Below, piece by piece: positions 1-4,318 of a stretch of 11,000 bases of DNA. The DNA is taken from positions 99,092 through 110,091 of the IMG/VR virus record IMGVR_UViG_2974499940_000001. One strand, given 5' to 3'. The stretch comes from a virus. Taxonomy: Duplodnaviria; Heunggongvirae; Uroviricota; Caudoviricetes; Demerecviridae. The notes under the pieces were generated by a model. That model was given only the letters and a program-made list of their open reading frames with translations. It was not told where the DNA came from and searched no databases. Position 1 is the first letter of the stretch; every line of letters starts with the position of its first letter. The position numbers and the translations under genes are program-made.

Positions 1-81
1 TTTACAATCTTCCCGCTCGAACGTGTTTACATCCACCAGCTTAAAGCCTTTCGAACGTGCAAGGGAAACGTTGCGGATCAT
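1..81 (-). CDS. 5' part of a T5 pre-early hypothetical protein (MIRNVSLARSKGFKLVDVNTFEREDCK...), runs off the window
   Basis: ATG at 81-79 with SD AAGGAG (94-89) and a 7-nt spacer; the frame is open to base 1; it follows the 49-aa ORF closely. Not in the ORF track. Confidence 0.75.
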   Translation of the reverse strand, partial: MIRNVSLARSKGFKLVDVNTFEREDCK

Positions 82-83
82 TT

Positions 84-233
84 TTATTCTCCTTTACTGG
101 TCATGCAGCCTAGCAGATAAGAAAATACAGCGATACCCGCGCCGATAATAACCGCGTGAACGCCGAAAGCTATTGCAAACAGTGATAAAATAGCGCCCAA
201 GATACCCGCCAGAATAGCTCGAAAAATAACCAT
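84..233 (-). CDS. 49-aa hydrophobic membrane microprotein, probably two TM helices (MVIFRAILAGILGAILSLFAIAFGVHAVIIGAGIAVFSYLLGCMTSKGE)
   Basis: Hand translation. SD AGGAG (245-241) lies 7 nt before ATG 233-231; TAA at 86-84. The protein is almost entirely hydrophobic. Below the ORF track size cutoff. Confidence 0.75.
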   Translation of the reverse strand: MVIFRAILAGILGAILSLFAIAFGVHAVIIGAGIAVFSYLLGCMTSKGE

Positions 234-251
234 TTTCATTCTCCTAGTTAG

Positions 252-272
252 CGGGGCGAAAATAACGCCCCG
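252..272 (-). other. GC-rich intergenic stem-loop CGGGGCG-N7-CGCCCCG
   Basis: Perfect 7-bp inverted repeat (252-258/266-272) between two minus-strand genes. No U-tract on the coding strand, so it is not a typical intrinsic terminator. Confidence 0.55.
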
Positions 273-279
273 TTATTAC

Positions 280-510
280 TTACATTAAAACAATTTTAGC
301 GGCTTGTTTTTTGGTGCAATGTTCCGCCTTCAGGGTATCCAGCAAAAAGCCAGCCGTTTGCTGATCGATTTGATCATTATCATAAAGCGCCTGAATGGTA
401 GTGTAAGTTTTAGCAATGCCGTATTCTTGCACCATTTCTTGAATGATCCAGCGATTTGATACCCAGCCTTGAGCGGTGAACAGATGACTAGCAGAAGAAT
501 AAGCAACCAT
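280..510 (-). CDS. 76-aa T5 pre-early hypothetical protein (MVAYSSASHLFTAQGW...)
   Basis: Same frame as track ORF 280..543. Start revised to ATG 510-508 because GGAGG (521-517) sits 6 nt upstream; the TTG at 543 has only about 3 nt of SD spacing. Confidence 0.8.
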   Translation of the reverse strand: MVAYSSASHLFTAQGWVSNRWIIQEMVQEYGIAKTYTTIQALYDNDQIDQQTAGFLLDTLKAEHCTKKQAAKIVLM

Positions 511-566
511 TTTAAGCCTCCAATTTTTTGGGAAAATTTTCAACCGTCCTCAAACGGTGTAAAGGC

Positions 567-575
567 ATTATAACA
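567..575 (-). promoter_or_regulatory. Candidate extended -10 sigma70 promoter (TGTTATAAT)
   Basis: Perfect TGnTATAAT on the minus strand, overlapping the terminator U-tract and upstream of the 76-aa gene. No -35 hexamer at the normal spacing. Confidence 0.45.
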
Positions 576-603
576 AAAAAGGTCGCCGATTATGGCGACC
601 TTT
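575..603 (-). terminator. Intrinsic terminator after the 336-aa gene
   Basis: Minus strand reads AAAGGTCGCC-ATAATC-GGCGACC-TTTTTT: a GC stem followed by six U, starting about 25 nt after the stop codon. Confidence 0.75.
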
Positions 604-628
604 ACAAAACTTTACATTAAATTATTTA

Positions 629-985
629 TTACTCGCTTTCGGTGCTAGTGGTAAAAGTAGAAATATCAATACCTTTCACCATTTCATCAATCATCTCAGC
701 AATGTTAAAAGATTGCACCATTTCTAACATAGCCGCTTCCATAGCTGCACCTGCTACCGCTTTCGCCTTTTGGTTACTCGGGGCGTACTGGTCAACCGCT
801 ACGCTCAGCAGGTTAGCGATCACTACACGACCAATCGGCGTATCGATATAACCTTTGATCATAAACGGCGCTTTTTTAGCCGCTACTTTCGTAATTTGAG
901 TCAGTGCAATTTTACCCGCTTCCAGTTTTGCAGCGTTTACAACAGCGGATTTATTAGCGGCAACGATGTTAGCAATCTTGGTCAT
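629..985 (-). CDS. Candidate in-frame nested gene, 118 aa (MTKIANIVAANKSAVV...), equal to the C-terminal part of the 336-aa protein
   Basis: Internal Met219 (ATG 985-983) is preceded by AAGGA (999-995) and an A-rich 9-nt spacer ending in TACT-ATG, like other pre-early RBSs in this window. Confidence 0.5.
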   Translation of the reverse strand: MTKIANIVAANKSAVVNAAKLEAGKIALTQITKVAAKKAPFMIKGYIDTPIGRVVIANLLSVAVDQYAPSNQKAKAVAGAAMEAAMLEMVQSFNIAEMIDEMVKGIDISTFTTSTESE

Positions 986-1639
986 AGTATTTTTTCCTTT
1001 ATTTTCAGTAGTTTGAGTGTTAACGCTTTGAGTGTTAGAATTTACAGCATGTTTTTCGATGTTGTCAATGATCTGATTCTCATCTTTCCAGAAAATAAAA
1101 CCCGCTTCCTGTACTAGTTCATTATATACATACGGGTATAATTTCGATGGTAATAAAAAATTACCGTCGCCATCAAAAGCCATTACAGCCGTATATTGAG
1201 ATCCATCACTATCAGGTCTATGCCATCCAGCAGATAAATACTTCCAGATAACATCTAAAAATCCCTCAAGGCTAGAAAGTCCGTTTATTAAGTCAAGCCC
1301 AATAAGCTCAAAATTATTTATATTAAATGATTGACGGCCTGAATTGCTATGATACGCAACGATATTATTACCCTGCGCAACAATAAAATCGGTATCCGGC
1401 CCCGCTCCCCTACCTGTAAAGATATGGCAATCACGATTATATAAGATAATCGTTGCCCCCTGTTTATATAAGGGTAGAAAACTACTCATGTCATAGGCAT
1501 CATAATCATCAAAAAAGTTTTGGTGAATAGTTTCAGCCTTGTTAATAAAATGTTTAATGCTGGTTGTTCTGCTACCGTCCAGCAGGTTACGCAGCGCACC
1601 TTTTAAGACGGTTGCGTTATCTGGTTTATACAGCCTCAT
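629..1639 (-). CDS. 336-aa T5 pre-early hypothetical protein (N-terminal domain, N/T/Q-rich linker, Ala-rich helical C-terminal domain)
   Basis: Long ORF; GGAGG (1651-1647) lies 7 nt before the ATG; upstream promoter and downstream terminator. Position matches the large rightward pre-early gene of T5. Confidence 0.88.
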   Translation of the reverse strand: MRLYKPDNATVLKGALRNLLDGSRTTSIKHFINKAETIHQNFFDDYDAYDMSSFLPLYKQGATIILYNRDCHIFTGRGAGPDTDFIVAQGNNIVAYHSNSGRQSFNINNFELIGLDLINGLSSLEGFLDVIWKYLSAGWHRPDSDGSQYTAVMAFDGDGNFLLPSKLYPYVYNELVQEAGFIFWKDENQIIDNIEKHAVNSNTQSVNTQTTENKGKNTMTKIANIVAANKSAVVNAAKLEAGKIALTQITKVAAKKAPFMIKGYIDTPIGRVVIANLLSVAVDQYAPSNQKAKAVAGAAMEAAMLEMVQSFNIAEMIDEMVKGIDISTFTTSTESE

Positions 1640-1670
1640 TTGTTGGCCTCCCTCGTTAATCGGTGAGTGA

Positions 1671-1700
1671 ATGATAAAGGTATTTTCTTTCTAGGGGCAA
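1671..1700 (-). promoter_or_regulatory. Candidate sigma70 promoter for the minus-strand pre-early block
   Basis: TTGCCC (1700-1695), 18-nt spacer, TATCAT (1676-1671), with an A/T-rich UP-like tract upstream; about 30 nt before the ATG. Confidence 0.55.
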
Positions 1701-1903
1701 ATATTATTTTACCTTTTTATTTTTCTTGCCTAACGCCTAGTTTTATGCTAACCGCGCAGCGGTATAGTAAAGAGCAAAACACGGCGAAGCCACCAGGGCG
1801 ACGGGTGAAGGCTTTACTTTAATATTACCCCACCGCATTTAGCTCGTTAGAAAGCGTTTTAGGCCGCTTAAAATTGATTGCAGTTGTTAACACTACCTTT
1901 CTA

Positions 1904-1923
1904 CCCTGTATATTTATACAGTA
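1904..1923. promoter_or_regulatory. LexA (SOS) box-like palindrome CC-CTGT-ATATTTAT-ACAG-TA
   Basis: CTGT-N8-ACAG at 1906-1921; 17/20 match to the gammaproteobacterial consensus TACTGTATATATATACAGTA. Binding is inferred. Confidence 0.7.
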
Positions 1924-1931
1924 GGATAACC

Positions 1932-2013
1932 TGTGGATAAGTCTGTGGATAAGTCTTTATATCGCCGCCTATCGTGTCAAATCATTTTGTGCTGTTAATA
2001 AACTTGTGGATAA
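1932..2013. promoter_or_regulatory. DnaA-box cluster 1 (co-oriented)
   Basis: Perfect TGTGGATAA (reverse complement TTATCCACA) at 1932-1940, 1944-1952 and 2005-2013; degenerate TGTTAATAA at 1993-2001. Both pairs have 3-bp gaps. Confidence 0.8.
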
Positions 2014-2165
2014 CTTAAATGATAGTGGTTCTCACTTAGGCCGATAGTTTCTTATAGTTATTATTTCTCATTAATTTATATGTATATTATACATCATGAA
2101 ATAGTTAGTTAGCTAACGAGATTTTTCGTGATTAATAGTCTGCTGATAGTTTAGGCCGTTACAAT

Positions 2166-2173
2166 CCACCAGC
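2166..2173 (-). promoter_or_regulatory. Chi site GCTGGTGG
   Basis: Exact CCACCAGC on the plus strand. A second copy in the same orientation lies at 33-40. Confidence 0.5.
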
Positions 2174-2261
2174 ATGATTATTATTCTAGTAATTATTAGT
2201 CTGCTATCTTTCCGATGCATACTAACAAATAAAAGTCAATTAATTTATTTCATAAAATAAG

Positions 2262-2340
2262 TAGTTATCCACTGGAAAATAAAAGTCAAGTGGATAACTA
2301 GGAAAATTTCATTTTTGCTTTTGGGGATAAGTTATCAACA
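2262..2340. promoter_or_regulatory. DnaA-box cluster 2 (two oppositely oriented pairs)
   Basis: 8/9 matches: TTATCCACT 2265-2273, AGTGGATAA 2289-2297, TGGGGATAA 2322-2330, TTATCAACA 2332-2340. The first pair lies in a perfect 12-bp inverted repeat (2262-2273/2289-2300). Confidence 0.65.
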
Positions 2341-2604
2341 AGGCTAGAATGCGCCTAAAACGCCCTAGAACGCGATGAAAGTTTTAGCCATGCCATTGCA
2401 TTGCCTACCCTCGTTTATCGCTACCACGAGCTTTTTAGATTTTGTCAAGTAGGGCAAGGCAAATAAAACTGAAAAAATTACTTGCCAACCTGCTGGGTTT
2501 TATGGTATTCGCGCTCCCGTTTCTTTTAATTTTAGTGCGCCGCGCCCAGGTCGCCGCACGCCGTCCGGTGAATCGTGTCTTTACGTTTCTTTACAAAAAT
2601 AAGG

Positions 2605-2632
2605 TTGCGCCATTTTTGGTATTTGCTATTAT
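2605..2632 (+). promoter_or_regulatory. Candidate pre-early sigma70 promoter
   Basis: A-tract AAAAAT upstream, TTGCGC (2605-2610), 16-nt spacer containing an extended TG, TATTAT (2627-2632). Confidence 0.55.
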
Positions 2633-2670
2633 TTACCTCGTAGGGCGGCAATGACGAACTACACGGCGGG

Positions 2671-2731
2671 AAGTTTACCGCCGCGCTCTTTAAAAATTGG
2701 GTATATCTTAAAGTCTATCGGCGGTAAACTT
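2671..2731 (+). other. Long leader stem-loop
   Basis: Perfect 13-bp arms AAGTTTACCGCCG (2671-2683) and CGGCGGTAAACTT (2719-2731), plus an inner CTTTAA/TTAAAG stem. Confidence 0.7.
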
Positions 2732-2756
2732 ATCAATTATATAAGGAATCGCAGAT

Positions 2757-2960
2757 ATGAAACAAACTTTATTGATCACTGGTAAACCAGCTAAAAAATT
2801 AGATGGTACTACTAAAAAATTGTTGACAATAGCCCAGCAATCCGTAAAATACCGATTCACGCAGTACAAGAAAGGCCGCCAGCAAGGTTTAGAAATGATC
2901 TGGCGAAATATTATGATTGACTTGAAAGAAAATCATAAAAAACTGCAAAAAATTGTTTGA
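2757..2960 (+). CDS. 67-aa basic T5 pre-early hypothetical protein
   Basis: ATG with upstream TAAGGA; first gene of the A2-A1-dmp direction. It overlaps two promoters. One of the small genes upstream of A2 should be the T5.008/Hdi division inhibitor, but I cannot assign which. Confidence 0.62.
   Translation: MKQTLLITGKPAKKLDGTTKKLLTIAQQSVKYRFTQYKKGRQQGLEMIWRNIMIDLKENHKKLQKIV
2823..2850 (+). promoter_or_regulatory. Candidate pre-early sigma70 promoter inside the 67-aa ORF
   Basis: AAAAAATTG, then TTGACA (2823-2828), 16-nt spacer, TAAAAT (2845-2850). Confidence 0.6.
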
Positions 2961-2985
2961 CAACCTAGCCGGTAGGCTTTAAGAT
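2957..2985 (+). promoter_or_regulatory. Strong T5 promoter, homologue of P_D/E20
   Basis: TTGACA (2957-2962), 17 nt, TAAGAT (2980-2985). The context ACTGCAAAAAATTGTTTGACAACCTAGCCGGTAGGCTTTAAGATGTACCCAGTTCGAT closely matches the T5 P_D/E20 sequence as I recall it. Confidence 0.85.
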
Positions 2986-3095
2986 GTACCCAGTTCGATA
3001 AGAGCGATAACTTGATAAAATTTGACGGTCGGCACTTACCATAATGTGTCCCGCCCCCTAACTGGGATATAGCGGCCTGCGTGGAGTTCTTTAAA

Positions 3096-3173
3096 TTGAT
3101 TATATTGGCGAGCGGATTTTTTCTTATTACCTGCTACTTTCTAGCAGGTAATGCGGAACAATCCACTGAATAA
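3096..3173 (+). CDS. Candidate 25-aa hydrophobic microprotein (MIILASGFFLITCYFLAGNAEQSTE), TTG start
   Basis: GGAG (3083-3086), 9 nt, TTG; TAA at 3171-3173. It has the same GGAGTT RBS context as neighbouring genes and is the first ORF after P_D/E20. Confidence 0.42.
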   Translation: MIILASGFFLITCYFLAGNAEQSTE

Positions 3174-3188
3174 ACTGGAGTTTATACT

Positions 3189-3440
3189 ATGAAAAACGTT
3201 ATTACCGCGCCTAAAATTGGTCAATCCGTTTTTATTCCTTTCGTTACTAAAACGGATGAATTAACCGGAAAAGCCGAACGTATTAAAGGTGCGGCGCTTA
3301 TGCCGTTTGATACAATCGACGCGGTATACGCTGAAAATGAACGCAGTAACAACGGCAAGCCGATTTATAACGTTCGCGTTAAATCCGGCGACGTTGTAAA
3401 GGTTGTTCAACGTAACGAAAAATGGGAAGCTGTACTGTAA
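3189..3440 (+). CDS. 83-aa T5 pre-early hypothetical protein immediately upstream of A2
   Basis: RBS GGAGTTTATACT-ATG; well-expressed codon style; conserved position next to A2. Possible T5.007 or T5.008 (Hdi) equivalent, not assignable from memory. Confidence 0.88.
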   Translation: MKNVITAPKIGQSVFIPFVTKTDELTGKAERIKGAALMPFDTIDAVYAENERSNNGKPIYNVRVKSGDVVKVVQRNEKWEAVL

Positions 3441-3537
3441 TCTAGTGTTAACTTTATATACCCCAGTAGTTAGGGGTATATAACGATTAACATTATGTTA
3501 ATCTTATCCCTTAAATTAAACAAATAGGAGTTACATC

Positions 3538-3945
3538 ATGACTAACGTTAAAACCGCAAAATTCGCTTGGAATGAAGAAAACACTCAGAAAGCTGTTTCT
3601 ATGTACCAGCAGTTAATCAATGAAAACGGTTTAGATTTCGCAAATAGCGACGGCCTGAAAGAGATTGCAAAAGCTGTTGGTGCGGCTTCTCCCGTGTCTG
3701 TTCGCTCAAAATTGACCAGTGCAAAAGCCTACCAGAAAAGCGATAAGCCGCGTAAAGTTGGCGGCGGCAGTTCAATTCGTAAAGCTCACTATGTGCGCGT
3801 TATCGCTAAACATGCCATCGATTCCGGCATTATCAAAGACGCTGACGATCTGGCGTCACTGGAAAGTGCAAAACTTGAAACGCTGGACGCCGTGGCGCAA
3901 CTGTTAGGCGTTGCCGATGAAGTGAAACAAGCCGCAGGCGAATAA
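3538..3945 (+). CDS. A2: A2 protein, DNA-binding pre-early protein required for second-step DNA transfer
   Basis: The 135-aa sequence MTNVKTAKFAWNEENTQKAV... is recognised as T5 A2; helix-turn-helix-like segment (LKEIAKAVGAASPVSVRSKL); synteny with A1. Confidence 0.93.
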   Translation: MTNVKTAKFAWNEENTQKAVSMYQQLINENGLDFANSDGLKEIAKAVGAASPVSVRSKLTSAKAYQKSDKPRKVGGGSSIRKAHYVRVIAKHAIDSGIIKDADDLASLESAKLETLDAVAQLLGVADEVKQAAGE

Positions 3946-4032
3946 TAGTTATACATTGCCCTTCCTAGTGGGAGGGCAATAATATAACTGTTTAGCGATA
4001 GTTACCCATCCCTTAAATCAGGAGTTTTAAAA

Positions 4033-4230
4033 ATGATTTTCTTTCCCACTGAATCATTAATTCTAGGCTTATTTATTATGGCGGCCTCATTATTATTCGC
4101 TTATTTTCAAAATGATTTAGATTCATATTATTTTAAACGTAAATCTAAATTAGCAAAGCGTTTAGGTCTGATTTGTTTTATTGCCGCCGTTGCTTGTGGT
4201 GTTAGTTCTAGCCTTATGCCTTTAAATTAA
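4033..4230 (+). CDS. 65-aa membrane protein with two predicted TM segments (gene between A2 and A1)
   Basis: RBS AGGAG; two hydrophobic stretches separated by a basic loop (KRKSKLAKR); synteny with T5. Confidence 0.85.
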   Translation: MIFFPTESLILGLFIMAASLLFAYFQNDLDSYYFKRKSKLAKRLGLICFIAAVACGVSSSLMPLN

Positions 4231-4318
4231 TGTTGCAAATTATAACGCCTAGATATAAGGCGTTATATTTGGCAATATTGCCGTTATTAATCTAATCCCT
4301 TTAATGGAGTTTATTACT

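Noticed and set aside
511-543. N-terminal extension of the 280..543 ORF
   Set aside because: The TTG start has only about 3 nt of SD spacing; ATG 510 has a well-spaced GGAGG.
642-1117. Plus-strand ORFs 642..851 and 770..1117
   Set aside because: Antisense shadows of the 336-aa gene, without an RBS.
2024-2036. SlmA-site-like AGTGGTTCTCACT
   Set aside because: One base shorter than GTGAGTACTCAC and mismatched; single copy.
2070-2097. dif-like core ATGTATATTAT
   Set aside because: It matches the dif spacer and the start of the XerD arm, but the XerC arm is essentially absent and the XerD arm matches only about 6/11. Better explained as part of an AT-rich palindrome.
1854-2363. IHF site, oriC 13-mers or GATC cluster that would make this a canonical oriC or datA copy
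   Set aside because: No WATCAANNNNTTR match, GATCT 13-mer or GATC enrichment was found by eye; a PWM scan is still needed.
1640-2440. Identification of this region as the injection-stop signal (iss)
   Set aside because: The T5 iss maps near the inner end of the FST segment, beyond the rightward pre-early genes, which is past base 1 of this window. This repeat-rich region is a different element.
2442-2654. Track ORF of 70 aa (TTG start)
   Set aside because: No convincing SD. It overlaps a promoter-like motif and the 2605-2632 promoter. It cannot be fully excluded without Ribo-seq.
3022-3045. Promoter TTGACG...CATAAT
   Set aside because: The spacer is only 12 nt.
4304-4318. A1 start at 4304
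   Set aside because: This ATG overlaps the SD itself; ATG 4319 has proper spacing.
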